A stretch of DNA of 63,661 bases, filler included, from Craspedostauros australis (lineage: Eukaryota): assembly GCA_030167865.1 (NCBI GenBank). It is 13 parts of 13 records of this genome, joined end to end, with 100 filler letters (N's around TTAATTAATTAA, not from the genome) between each part and the next. Parts side by side here need not be neighbours in the genome. Positions count along the whole stretch, not along the records: positions 48,474 to 55,218 come from JALAGF010005151.1; positions 55,319 to 60,731 come from JALAGF010005152.1; positions 60,832 to 63,661 come from JALAGF010005154.1; 10 more parts are not named here. One strand, given 5' to 3'. A program made the translations under genes and the position numbers. The first letter of the stretch is position 1. Every line of letters begins with the position of its first letter. The notes below the pieces were generated by a model that was not told where the DNA came from, searched no databases, and was given only the letters and a program-made list of their open reading frames with translations. Positions 49,656 to 61,564 of the stretch are shown piece by piece.

Positions 49656-50675
49656 CTACCCATGGAAGGAGATGCTGGAGATGACTGACTGCTCATCGTC
49701 CGAGCCATCGTTGCATTCATCCTCGTCGTTTGTTGGCAACGTCCGGGGAATGATGACGCTGGTGATCTTGCGCCGTGGGTGTGACGCCCTTGGTCGTTCC
49801 AGTCCCTGCAGCTTGCTCCTCACCGCCATCATGTCCGTGTGGCAGGATCTGCTCTTCTGTCTCTGCGTCTGCGGCTTCTTCGATCTGGCTGGTCGACGTC
49901 TTGAGCCCGATGCACCGTGCCCGCTGCTGCCGTTCGTGATGCTTCCGGCGTTGGTCTGATGTCTCTTGCCTGCTCTCGGTTTGCTTTGTCGTGATGATGA
50001 CAAAGCAGCATCGCCTCCACGAGGAGGCAAGGGCAGGGTGACGGATTGGATCCTCTGGCGCAGCGATTTGGATGCCTGCTGCTGCTGCTGTGGACTCGAG
50101 TTGTCATTGTCGCTTGCGTCGCAATCTTCATGATTCGATGAACGGTCGGTGCTGGGAGTCACGGGCTGTCGGCACGTGGGGCAGCTGCCGTGGCGCTTCA
50201 ACCATGGCTGCAGGCACTTGGAATGGCAGAAGTGACCGCATGGCATATAGGTCACGGTTTCATCGATCTCGAACAGCTCGAAGCAGATGGAGCATCCCTT
50301 GCAGCGCGTGGGCAGTCCCCGCAGCCGCACGACGACCAAGCCGCTCTCATCGGAGATCGACGGTGGCAGGGACGATGCCTGTGTTGGTGGTGATGCTGCG
50401 ACCTCCGGCGACTTGGAGCGTTTCCGTGGCGTCGAGGGTGACTTGTGATGATGCTTGACGCTGGAGCTCGTGCTGAGCCTCTTTGCGAGCATGGACTTGA
50501 GAATCCTGGCCTTCATTGCGAGGGGCTCCTCATGGCTGCGGTGAGGATCAATGATGACCGACGTTGGTTCTTCCTCCACGCCACCCACCCGGACGGAGGA
50601 TGCCGAGTTGCCATGTCTTGAGTCTCCGTTGGAGCCTCCACGGCGTGGTCGGGAGAGTGTCTTGAAGATGCCCAT
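49656..50675 (-). CDS. RING-H2 zinc finger protein (putative E3 ubiquitin ligase)
   Basis: CSICFELF...PCGHFCHSKCLQPWL...SCPTCR in a 339-aa Ser/Arg-rich ORF. Confidence 0.88.
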   Translation of the reverse strand: MGIFKTLSRPRRGGSNGDSRHGNSASSVRVGGVEEEPTSVIIDPHRSHEEPLAMKARILKSMLAKRLSTSSSVKHHHKSPSTPRKRSKSPEVAASPPTQASSLPPSISDESGLVVVRLRGLPTRCKGCSICFELFEIDETVTYMPCGHFCHSKCLQPWLKRHGSCPTCRQPVTPSTDRSSNHEDCDASDNDNSSPQQQQQASKSLRQRIQSVTLPLPPRGGDAALSSSRQSKPRAGKRHQTNAGSITNGSSGHGASGSRRRPARSKKPQTQRQKSRSCHTDMMAVRSKLQGLERPRASHPRRKITSVIIPRTLPTNDEDECNDGSDDEQSVISSISFHG

Positions 50676-52272
50676 CTTGCTACAAGCAGAGAGTGTCGTT
50701 GTTGCTGAACCGGATTTGACGGATGAGAGGTGTTGTTGTTGATGATGATGATGATGATGTTGATGCAGTTCGTGGAGTTTGTGAGATTTGTGAGGTTGGG
50801 CTGCTGTTTGTTCTCAGGTTCTTAAATTTGTGACTGCTTGGAGATTGGTTTGAGGAAGCATGGATTTGTGACCTGCGGTGATACAAAAGTGCGGCATCAC
50901 ATGCACAAACAGGAAGAGCTGGACACAAATACGCGCAACACGAACCACACAAGGAGATGATAGAGATGCAGAGACCGGCGTGAAGCATGAAGAGAGGGGG
51001 AGAGAGGAGTGGCTGACCAATGCTGTTGCTCTTCTCTCTCTGCCGTTTCGAGCCCAAAGCTCAAACTCGCGCGAACACGGCCACCAACAGTGTTCATGTG
51101 ATTATTAACCTACACCAGTGACAATGTTACCGCGCAAACAGGAAAGGGATCAAGGCGACAAGATTAATTGTCGCCATGCAACGGAACATCCCAACGAACA
51201 GCTTCTTATCGTTCTTCGGGGTAAAAACGAAACACCATTCCGGGTACAGTAATCGTGATTGATAGCCCCACCGGCACAGCACCTCCGCAACATCCTCCAC
51301 ACAACACTTTTGTACTTTGAACTCCTTCTCGTTTTGATGCAGCCTTGTCACACTCTGCCTTTCGTGCATTGCGCTACGCCCATCACTTATGAACCACGTG
51401 AGGGGCAATTGGTGAAGACCACAAGTTTTCGCACTTTTTCGCCTACCCCGTTGGACCTCTTGGATTTGGGGAAAGGAAGTGGAGTGAGAAACACTGGAGT
51501 TGTGACCTCGCATCGGCGTATGACTGTTTGGAGACAATGATATTTTCCCATCGCTGAATGAAATTGTGAGAGGGCTTTTTGATCCACCAAGGAACGCCAG
51601 CCACTGTGATCGTGACAAACCAGGATGCACATGAAACGGTTAAATCGGCGTTACAACGTGGACACAGGTGTCAACCAATCAGGTAGCAACAGCCACGTAA
51701 CTCAGCGTGCAAGAAGGTCTCCATAACACTCATAATCTGCGTTCTTACGCTTTCACAACACTTTTGGGTTTCATGCGTGTAATAACTTGGTTTATCATTC
51801 TCATCCGCTCAATAGAGCACGCGCTAACACGAGGGACTGCCTGAAGAGGCATCGAACACACTGGGGCACCGCTCTGAGGTTGAACCGTCATCAGCTGGCA
51901 CGGCTTGTACTGTGCTGTACCTCCTTTGACCATGATGTTCTGACACATGGTGGCCGGTGTCAGAGGGGTACAATCCTACCGTTCGCATTCGCGAGGTTAG
52001 GGTGACAATGGTGGACGCACCTACCGTAGGCCATACGGTGATTCCTACGAGGGCACTTGCTGTTTCTCTCAGCATGGAATCGTGTGAAACTCACCGACCC
52101 TGTGCTCCTCACCGTGGATCAACACCATGAATCAACACGCAGAATCCCCTTTTGGACGAAACACACGTTGTCCCAGTGTGTGTCTGTCAACAACAAAACT
52201 CGTTCTCTTTTTCTCGTTTTTCCTTTTCGCATCATCACTATCATACTCACTCTCGCACATAGCAACGACAAC

Positions 52273-53760
52273 ATGGCTGTTCCAACTATCAATAACAACG
52301 AGATCAAGTTCTACATTCAAGGTGTTCTGAACATCACCAGTGAAGAGATTGCTGGCGCTTTGTTCGAGCAAGGCTTGATGAGCTTCGATGGTCTCCTCTC
52401 ACTCTCAGACGGTGACCTTTGCAAACTGTGCAAACGCATTTGCGTGGGCAGCGGATTGATTGATAATCCTGCCTACAAGGGAGGCAAAACATCCGTACCA
52501 TCCCAGATCAAGGATCCAGGAACCACCATCGGGTGGCTCCACGAGCTCAGGCTGCGTCAACTCCGTTATGCTCGGTTTCATTTTCATCGCATTCAACGTC
52601 CATTCTCTGCCATGGAAGCACCCATGGATCGTCTTTTGGCTCTATGGGAACTATTCCTCGAGGAGAAACGCATCAAGGACGCACCAGCAATGGACATGCC
52701 CGATCAGCTCACCAGGGTTGAGAACGTAAGAGACAGTCTGGAGGACATCCAGAATTACTTGGATGGTACACTTGGTGCTATCGATGCGCCACTGGCATAC
52801 ATCATCCGAGAAGATATCCGCAAACCAGAAGATCGAACACCACCCATTCATACCGGATTTGGTGTGCCATCCATGCAAGAAGAACTCATTGACAGAGCAC
52901 TCCATGAAGGGGTGAAATACCATGCAGACAATGCGGCTGTATGGCAAGTCATTCGACATGTCACTCATGGGGGTCCGGCGTGGGCGTGGGTCCAAGGGTA
53001 TGAACGTACCAGGAACGGTCGCTCCGCATACATCGCTCTGAAAGAGCATTACCATGGGGACTCGTTCCAAGCGCGCACAAAGGCAGCGGCCTCACGCACC
53101 ATAGCCACACTCTTCTATGACGGCAAAGCACGTCACTTCCCATTTGAGAAATACGCACAAACGATGAACTCCGCGTTCGAGGATATGTCCAAGTGTGGCG
53201 AACCTTTGGTGGAAGCCGCCAAGGTCCGCCATCTCATTACCGGGATTCGTGATCAGCGTCTTGCCAATGCTTGTGATTCCATCATGATGAACAAATCGAT
53301 TGCTCTCAATTTCCAAACAACCGTAAACACACTCAGCGAAGTCCTCGATCGCAAACAATCCACCACATCCGCACGCAACATCGGATCAATGGGAAGAGGA
53401 AGGGGCGGTCGCGGCAACCGCAACAACACATCGAACAAAGGTGGTCGTGGGGGTCAAGGCAAGGCGAAGAAGTATGACCCCAACATGGTCATCACTGACC
53501 GTCATTACACACCGGAAGAATGGTCTGTCATGTCGGCCGCTCAGCGATCCAAGGCAATAGAGATGCGCCAAGAGCGAGACAAGCGTCGTGGGGTAATGGC
53601 TGTAGGCAAGAACACTTCATCCAAACGTCCCAAGGAGGACAAGGACGATCACTATCAATCATCAACAACACCAGGCGCGACCACTGACCAGACCAGCAAC
53701 AATCGCCAAGCTGGTATCGGCAGCATGATGTCGCGTCGCAACCAACAAGGCCAATCCTGA
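52273..53760 (+). CDS. Retrotransposon gag (CoDi-like copia)
   Basis: PLAYIIRE, DNAAVW, GGPAWAWV, NGRSAYIALKEHY.G and an RGG-rich C-terminus; directly upstream of pol. Confidence 0.85.
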   Translation: MAVPTINNNEIKFYIQGVLNITSEEIAGALFEQGLMSFDGLLSLSDGDLCKLCKRICVGSGLIDNPAYKGGKTSVPSQIKDPGTTIGWLHELRLRQLRYARFHFHRIQRPFSAMEAPMDRLLALWELFLEEKRIKDAPAMDMPDQLTRVENVRDSLEDIQNYLDGTLGAIDAPLAYIIREDIRKPEDRTPPIHTGFGVPSMQEELIDRALHEGVKYHADNAAVWQVIRHVTHGGPAWAWVQGYERTRNGRSAYIALKEHYHGDSFQARTKAAASRTIATLFYDGKARHFPFEKYAQTMNSAFEDMSKCGEPLVEAAKVRHLITGIRDQRLANACDSIMMNKSIALNFQTTVNTLSEVLDRKQSTTSARNIGSMGRGRGGRGNRNNTSNKGGRGGQGKAKKYDPNMVITDRHYTPEEWSVMSAAQRSKAIEMRQERDKRRGVMAVGKNTSSKRPKEDKDDHYQSSTTPGATTDQTSNNRQAGIGSMMSRRNQQGQS

Positions 53761-55218
53761 CCAATCCGCGATCAACAGCGACAAGTGACATCTGTTGGTC
53801 AATCGTTATCGTCGGATACTCCACGCGCCGAACTCGACTCACACGCCGACACCTGTTGCTTTGGTGATACGGCCTACATCGTGCATACAACCAATCAGAC
53901 AGTCACCGCGACCCCTTTCATCGACTCACTAGGGAAAGTCAACAACGTGCCCATCGTCACCGCTGCGATAGCATATGACGACCCCATTACATATCAAACA
54001 TTCATTCTTTTCTTTCCACAATCGATCTACTTTCCTCGTCTTGTGAACCCATTATTGTGCCCGAACCAAATGCGAGCTGCAGGCATAGTTGTTAATGATG
54101 TTCCATTGCTCATGTTACATGAGAATGAACGGAAACCGGAAGACCACTCTGTGGTCGCGTCCGACAACGACCTGCACATCCCATTACGGTTACAAGGTAC
54201 CATCTCCTATTTCCATACCAGGAAACCGACACAACAAGAAGTCCAGTCGGATCGAGACTGCATACATGTGGTCATGACACAGGATGCTGTATGGGACCCA
54301 GAACAATGGTCCTCAGGGGACGATGAGGATGCAATACGAGCATCCATGCAACCCATATCATACATGTCATCCAACATCGACGTTCGGGGTGTCCGTTCCA
54401 TTCGTGGTACCAATACATCCAACCGAAGACCAACGATTCAACCAGACGTCCTCGCAAAACGATGGCGTATCGGCGTCGACGCTGCGACACGCACGCTACA
54501 AGCGACCACACAATTGGCAACACGTGATTTTCAGCATACATCAGGCACACGACGGCTCAATCCGTACACTGCCCAGCTGCGATATCGTCGTCTCAACACG
54601 CAGCTATACGCTGACACCATGCATGCCAAAACCAAATCCATCCGTGGCAACAAGTTTGCATTGATCTACTGTACTCCGTTTCACTGGGTCCGTGTATACC
54701 CTGTGGCGGAGCGCAAGCAAGCGCATCTAACACTTGACGAACTGTTTCGTAACCATGGCATTCCGCATACACTCATTCCAGACAACGCAAAGGAGCTCGT
54801 TGCAGGAGAGTTCCGACGCAAACTACAAAAAGCACAGGTATCAATACGCCCCATCGAAGCGTATATTCACAATCAGAACAAGGCTGAGGCCACCATCCGC
54901 GAACTACGTCGACACTACCGTCGCCTGATGACGTCTACTGATACACCTGAATACCTCTGGGACTACTGCCTCGAGTATTGTGCAGAAATTCGGAGCCACA
55001 CCGCACTCTCCATCCATGAGCTACACGGCGAGACACCGGCAACAATCCTATCCGGTGATACGGCTGACATCTCGCACATCGCTGAGTTTGGATGGTTCGA
55101 TTTTGTGTGGTACATCAACCCACAAGACATGGCAATGAACGTCAAGCAACTCGGTCGATACTTGGGGCCAAGCCATTCTGTTGGCGAGGCCATGTGCTCG
55201 TATATCCTCACCGCCAAT
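53761..55218 (+). CDS. Retrotransposon pol (protease and integrase), in frame with gag after one TGA
   Basis: ELDSHADTCC protease; YADT, IPDNA and QNKAEATIRE integrase; protease-integrase order indicates copia. Confidence 0.88.
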
Positions 55219-55320
55219 NNNNNNNNNNNNNNNNNNNNNNNNNNNNNNNNNNNNNNNNNNNNTTAATTAATTAANNNNNNNNNNNNNNNNNNNNNNNNNN
55301 NNNNNNNNNNNNNNNNNNTT

Positions 55321-55446
55321 TCATCCGACACCGGCGGCGGACACCGCGCATCTGCTCAGGTGTTGGCGAAGCAATTCCTCATCAAGTACCCCAGCAGCAC
55401 CTGCGAATTGGTCGACGTTTGGACTGATCATGGCGTTCTGCCATAC
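55321..55446 (+). CDS. MGD: Monogalactosyldiacylglycerol synthase (GT28) fragment
   Basis: SSDTGGGHRASAQVLAKQF...LVDVWTDHGVLPY contains the MGDG synthase SDTGGGHRASA signature; similarity appears to stop after PY. Confidence 0.7.
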
Positions 55447-55916
55447 GACCCCATTCAGGACAAAAAGGTAGTATCCTGCCGATTTTTTATCGGACAACAT
55501 TACTTTTTTGGCAAACGATGTGCCGTGNNNNNNNNNNNNNNNNNNNNNNNNNNNNNNNNNNNNNNNNNNNNNNNNNNGTGGACGAAAATGCTGACGTCAA
55601 CGACGGTCGATGTCAGACCACGATTGTATTCAATGGTGTGGATGGTGATGTTGTGACAGTTCCGGTGTCGCGTTGATTCCTCACGTTGTCGATGATTTGG
55701 CTCGGTTGCGTGTTTCCTCCTTCGCTCGTTGTGCAAAGCAGCACAGCGTTGGTGGTGACACCCCTGCGCGTCAGCTGCAACAGCAACACTTGCGAATACC
55801 ACACAACACGGAAATATATTATATAATGTCATGGAGCACAATGGCTTTTTCCTTGGTATGCAAAATAAATATATAAATAAGTAACTCAGTGATTACATCA
55901 TAGATGTGCCATAAGG

Positions 55917-58900
55917 CTATACCCTCGCCTCCATAGGCCCCGTGGGGCCATGTTTTGGGCAAGCTGTCAAGTGTCCCTTCTCAAGCCATCCCCAGCCACG
56001 ACGCCATGCTCGCCTCTCGGCTTGTATCGTTCGCGATCGTTGCCGCGCTTTCACCGCCACTTGGATGGCTATCACAGAGTTCGACCACTGTTTCATTTGT
56101 TCCTCCGTACCGTACTTGATACTGCAGCCTTCTTGGAGTAGATGTAGCTCTGATTCGTTGATGTCCTGGCTCGCACCTTGTATCAGTCTCCGTACCTGCC
56201 TACGCAAGTCCCTTGTGGCCAGGTATTGTTCTTCGTCGTGCACTTTGGCGTTCCTGGCCATCCACACCTCCCAGGGCACTTTCCGTATCCATCGCACCAT
56301 TTCCCGAGCCCATGCGTTTGCGTCTGGATATCGGCACTCGTGCGTCATCATCCAGTGCTCCTACTGGCTTTCTCAGTCCTCGTGCAGAAGCCCTACCAGT
56401 AGTGGGGACCATCCAATGGCACTTTGTGCGTCATTCGAGCATACATTCCTCCTCCATTTCACCAAACCCACTCTCATGTTCCTAACCAATCGTGGGGACA
56501 TTCCAATCTCCACCATGCGATCCACTAGGTTCGAGGTGGCGATCGTCCATGCCTCGTGATGTTCTGGGCATTGCAACACATGCTGGTTGGTTTCGTCGCG
56601 CCTGCAGAACTTGCACTTGGCCAATGACATCTGTCCGGTCTGGAGCAACTTCTTGTTGACCGCAATGAATCCAGAGGCCCACTTCAAAATGAACATGGTC
56701 AAGCTGCAGTTTTGCTTGGACTGGCGCATCGCCTTGTCCGTGCGCCAATTGACCTGGTCCAGCTGGTCGCTGTCCCACTGGAACTTCGAGGACCAATACT
56801 GCATCGCTGAGGCAGACTGAAGGAGCTCATTCATCGCACCTGGGTCCATGTGTGAGTGGTCGTCTTTGCGAAGCTGGAGTCGCCACCTGCCAGTGCCAGT
56901 GGACCAGGTTTGCACGTTGGGTCTCTGACAGGTTTCTTCCCAGAATTTCTTGGCTTTCTTGTTGGCCTCCATGTTGAGCTGCTTCATCACCATCAGCTGT
57001 TTGCTGGTGGCTTCTTGGTGCCCCTTCACCTATTTCCACTTCAGCAAAGCCAGGATCTGCCATTGGAGCCTCCTGATTTCCGTGAGAACATCCCAGTCCT
57101 TTTGGCTTGGTAGCAAGTTGTCCTCCTGTGCTTGCAAGAGCGCCTGCTTGCCGTCCAGGGCAATGATGATCACACTGCCCTTGTGGATTCCTGGCATCTC
57201 CGAGACGATTGCAAGGGACGCCCATATCCCAGCAAACTCACTTCTGTAGGCACTGTGAACTTCTGGGGCCCCCAAAACGAACGTTTGGCAGTACATGTAC
57301 TGCTGGGATTCGACGTCTAACGCAATCGATACTGATGTCCCTCGCCTGTCTTTGACAACCCGTCGCTCACCATCAAAAGGCTGTTGTGGCTTGCTTCCCT
57401 CGTCGCCTCGTGGAGCTCTATGTCCCCCACCAGTTTTCAATCGGATCATATGCAGCGGTGGGCTTGTCAGGAGGCTTTGTGAGCCAACATGCCTGTCCCA
57501 TTCAATTCCCTGTGTTGTGGAAACCACAGAGACTCTCTTGGCGTTTGCTGGAGCTTCAGCCACTGTCGCAATTTGAGTGTACTGCTTCCTTTGGGTCCGG
57601 CTTCGTCGATACAGTTGATACCATAGAATCGGAGAGGCAGCCAGGTCCCAGATGTCATCTTGATATGGCTCCTTCCACCATTGCCACAACCTGTTGTCGC
57701 AGTGCCACTTGCCCAATGGTCGGTGTAGTGTTATACCTCGGTACCACATTGATCTGTACCACTGTTGCCACTCCTTCCACCAACCACTTGGTAATCTCTG
57801 CGGTTGCTTCGCCCATCATCTTGGTATGATGGACGCCCGTATTCCGTCGTGTGCCTCCGACAAGATCCTGGTACCTTCGACTGACACGATGTCTGACAAT
57901 CACAACACCCCTAGTTTTTTATGCACATGTTCAGGTGATAGAGCTGCGCCCCCTTCACCTGCTGCCGGATCCATGTATCCATCAGAAAGGAGTCACCTTC
58001 ACGCTGCGTTTCGCTGGACGTCGTTGTTTCGCACACCTCAATGCTGGTACCCTGTAGTTGACCCCACAGACCAGCAATCCAGAATTTGGTTGTGCAATGT
58101 CTGAGCCAAGCATATGAGTATTGGAATAGGAAACTCCCGACCCCTAGCTCCTCCTTGAGCGCTTGCACCGAGCACTTGATCATCTTTCCGGTCTGGGTCC
58201 CCGATAAACCTCATCGAAAGCCAGCTGAATCTGAGCCATCAGCTGGGAATTGGCAGGGTTTACAATGCCCAATCCTCTGAGGGATTTCGTGCCGTACACC
58301 AGATGTCTTAGCTGGGTTTGTGAGCAGCCCATCTTTGGCAGGGACACTAGTAGTGCCGGCGCCATGATGTATCGCCACTGTGTCTGGGTGAGCTGGACTA
58401 GCGGCAAGGCATACTCAATTGTCTTCATGAATCTCAGTGTAAGTGCCGATCTTGCATCCTCTGGGGAGATCTGCGCAGTACGCATCCTTCCTCCGGAGTC
58501 TTTGGCTTTCTTTCACAACTGCCTCGCTTGCTCCCTGTTGTCTCTGTCGAACTCAATGAGCATGCCCAGGGTGAACAGCGGCTGATCCATGGTCTTGTTG
58601 GGGATCTCCGCTCTTGTACCTTGTCCTTCGTCGATGCGAATACTGGTGTTGGCCTTGGCATCGCGCTGTTCTCATTTATTGGTGTTGAACTCGGATTGGA
58701 TGGTCCACCATGCTGACTTCTCTGGTACCAGCGCTCCTCCTGTGACTTGCAGCAGTTGGCTCGAATCCTGGACTGTCTGTTTCAAGGCTTCGGTATCGGC
58801 ACCGTCGTGCTCCAGTTGCTCGAGTCGGATCAGGTCGGTATCATCAACAAACGCCGAGCCTAGCACTGGTATGAACTCTCCCAGCAGACTGGCCAAGGCC

Positions 58901-60731
58901 AATGTGTGGCCCAGTCTTGTCATGGCCTTAAACATGACAGAGCTGATACCAGCCCAGATTGCAGGGCCTGCCCCATTGTCTTGTCCAATGCCATGCATGT
59001 CACAGTCAGTGACTTTTTTGTAGCGCCTGCTGGACACTCCGTATGCAGTGCTGATGTGGCGTCTGGCGTCGTGTAGGGTTTTGAACATGCTCCTTGTAGC
59101 CGATCCATTCGCACCCGCGGCCATCATTGCCGCAGCCGCAAAGTTGGGTATGATCCTGTTGTAACACGACTTCGCATCATTGGAACAGAACACCACTGCT
59201 ACCTTCTGTTGGAATCCGAGGACAATGGTGAGCTGCTTGCTCAGTGAAACATGCATCGCCGATCTGCGCTTTCGGCTCCTGAACTGAAAGCCTGATAGCC
59301 AGCCTTCTCCGCCGTCTGGATCATCTGCTTGCCGAGTCGCTTGTTGTTCAGGTTGAACTGCGCGTCCATGAGCTGTATTGTACGCAATTTTCAATGTTGA
59401 ACACTTGCGCCTTCTTGAGAATTTCCACATTGGTAACGCGTTGCTACGGTTTTGGGGAATGCCCGGTCTGGTATGGTGCCTCCTTCAGCATTGTATCCAC
59501 GTGAGCCAGTGCCTGAACCGTTGCAGCAGCCTTGTATTGACCAAAATGGGGACAGCTCTGCTCTGAATTGGTGAGCTCCGTCTGCTTTTTCCAGGCCTTC
59601 GAATGCTCCATTACAGTGAGTTCCGACTCGTCCTGCGCAATAGACTCAAGGGGCTCCAACAGAACCCTGATCATGGGGTCAATTGTCTCTGGTATGGGTG
59701 CCTCCGTCTCAACGAGTGGTCGTCCAAAATCTGGTATCCATATATGGTCCATGAGTTGCTTGCCCTGGCCAATCATACAGGGGGCGCTGTTGACCTGGGA
59801 GAACCTCTTCTTGTTTTCCCGGATGCATGCTGTGACTATCTTGTACTGCTCATTACATTCATGCAGCTGTCCTTTGTTGTCCATTAACAGAACTTTGGTG
59901 GTCATCAATTTGCCTTGCCCGAACGCCGCTCTGAGGCAGCCAGCTTGCTCTTGCTGCTTCTCCCTGTTCAGGAGAGTTTGCAAAGCAGCTTCGTATTCTT
60001 GTTCGTTCGAGTCATGTCGTTGTCTCGCCATCCGCACCAGGTGATCTTGCCTTGCTTGTGTGTGCTCTATATTTTTCTTGTAGTAGGCTTTGTATGCTTC
60101 AGAGCACATTTGCTGCGCTTGTTGGAGGTTCATGCCTTCCTTGAGGCCTACCCGCTTTCTGGTTTGCCACCGAAGAGAGGAGTTCACTTTCACACCCAGG
60201 AGATGCTTCACCTCAAGTGACCAGAGTTGAATCACGTCCTGAGAGTGTTGTATCTCTGGTGACCATGCAACTTCCCCAATTTTCAACTTTCTGCACCCTT
60301 TCTCCGCAAACTGCCTGATCTGGTTCGTTTGTTCCAGGAGCTTGTTGAACTGGAGGCGCTTCTCTCATGGCATGGTCCATCCTTGGGCCTTTGTTGATGC
60401 CAACAATTCCTCCACGCGTCTGTGTATGTTGTGTTGCTGTATTCTTCGAAAAGAGCGTTGTTGTAGCGTTGTACAACCCGCACGACACTGAGCACCAGTC
60501 TATTGGGCATGATGGATCGAACTGGCTTTATTCTCATCCCCAGGATCTGTGCGAAGCTCATGTCCGTCCATACTGCTCTATGGTCCGATGGAATTGGAGC
60601 CCCAAATGCCAGATAGCCTGCTTTCTCCATCTTCCCCCTTCCGTAACATAGATTGTGTTGATGGGCACGTTGCTCCTGTTCTGTTGTTGTGTGGCTTGTC
60701 GGGATTCCTCTCCTATTCTGTCTTCCACCGC
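55917..60731 (-). mobile_element. Decayed non-LTR retrotransposon (Ambal-like): APE end, RT, RNase H, CCHC
   Basis: SDHRAVW; SNDAKSCYNRI, GIGQDNGAGPAIW, AFVDDTDL; SAYRSEFAG, KGHQ, LNMEANKKAK; CKFC...HVLQC. Broken by many stops and frameshifts. Confidence 0.9.
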
Positions 60732-60831
60732 NNNNNNNNNNNNNNNNNNNNNNNNNNNNNNNNNNNNNNNNNNNNTTAATTAATTAANNNNNNNNNNNNN
60801 NNNNNNNNNNNNNNNNNNNNNNNNNNNNNNN

Positions 60832-61564
60832 CTCTCATACGCACTTGGACGGTATAACTATACTCGTGTCGATAGTATGCTGTGATTCGTCAGAATTACA
60901 GGGGAAATGGAACACGCGAAAAGGGGCAAGATTTCTGGAGGAAATTTGCAAATAATGATTTCTGAGAGAATCAGAAGATCGTCCGTCCATCCATCAATGG
61001 TACCAAGAGAATCTCGAGGTACTTCCCAACTAAACCTCAGNNNNNNNNNNNNNNNNNNNNNNNNNNNNNNNNNNNNNNNNNNNNNNNNNNGACATCTGGA
61101 GAGCAGAAGGACGCCCACTGACGTCGACAAGATGTCAACATGTCACCACGTCGACAGCTGTCTCCAAGTCAGAGTAGGAGGCGAAGATGCGATGACCCAT
61201 GAAGATCATGGATACTGAAGGTGAACTTCAAATGGTAAGTACTCACGGAGTAGAAGCCAGTACTGAATGAACAGAGTGTCGAATACGGAATACGCATCGA
61301 ATACGGAGTATCGTGTAGCACGAGCACACGATGCTGAGAGAGAGAGAGAGAGAATACAGAGAGGAGCGAGAGAGGATCTCGCGTACCGACTCATAGTCGG
61401 AGACTGAATCTACGAAACAGATTGAAGCGCCGAGAGCATCGGGCAAGAGAACGAACGGACACCGAGAGTATTGGAGTGCCAACGTAATGAAATAGCAAAC
61501 AGACGACTATCAACCAACACCATCTTCCACGTTCGTAGGTTACCGTGAGCGGAACTTGCCAACA
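60832..61564 (+). mobile_element. Family C LTR inserted just before a copia protease motif
   Basis: Homologous to 7733-8460; followed by NKDTWLADSGASCH. Confidence 0.88.

Noticed and set aside
51125..51760. Candidate 5' LTR (TGTTACC...CACAACA) of the element at 52273
   Set aside because: No second LTR or clear PBS in the window to confirm the boundaries.
2721..60831. Regularly recurring TTAATTAATTAA as a biological repeat or CRISPR-like array
   Set aside because: Always embedded in fixed-length N runs; it is a concatenation linker.
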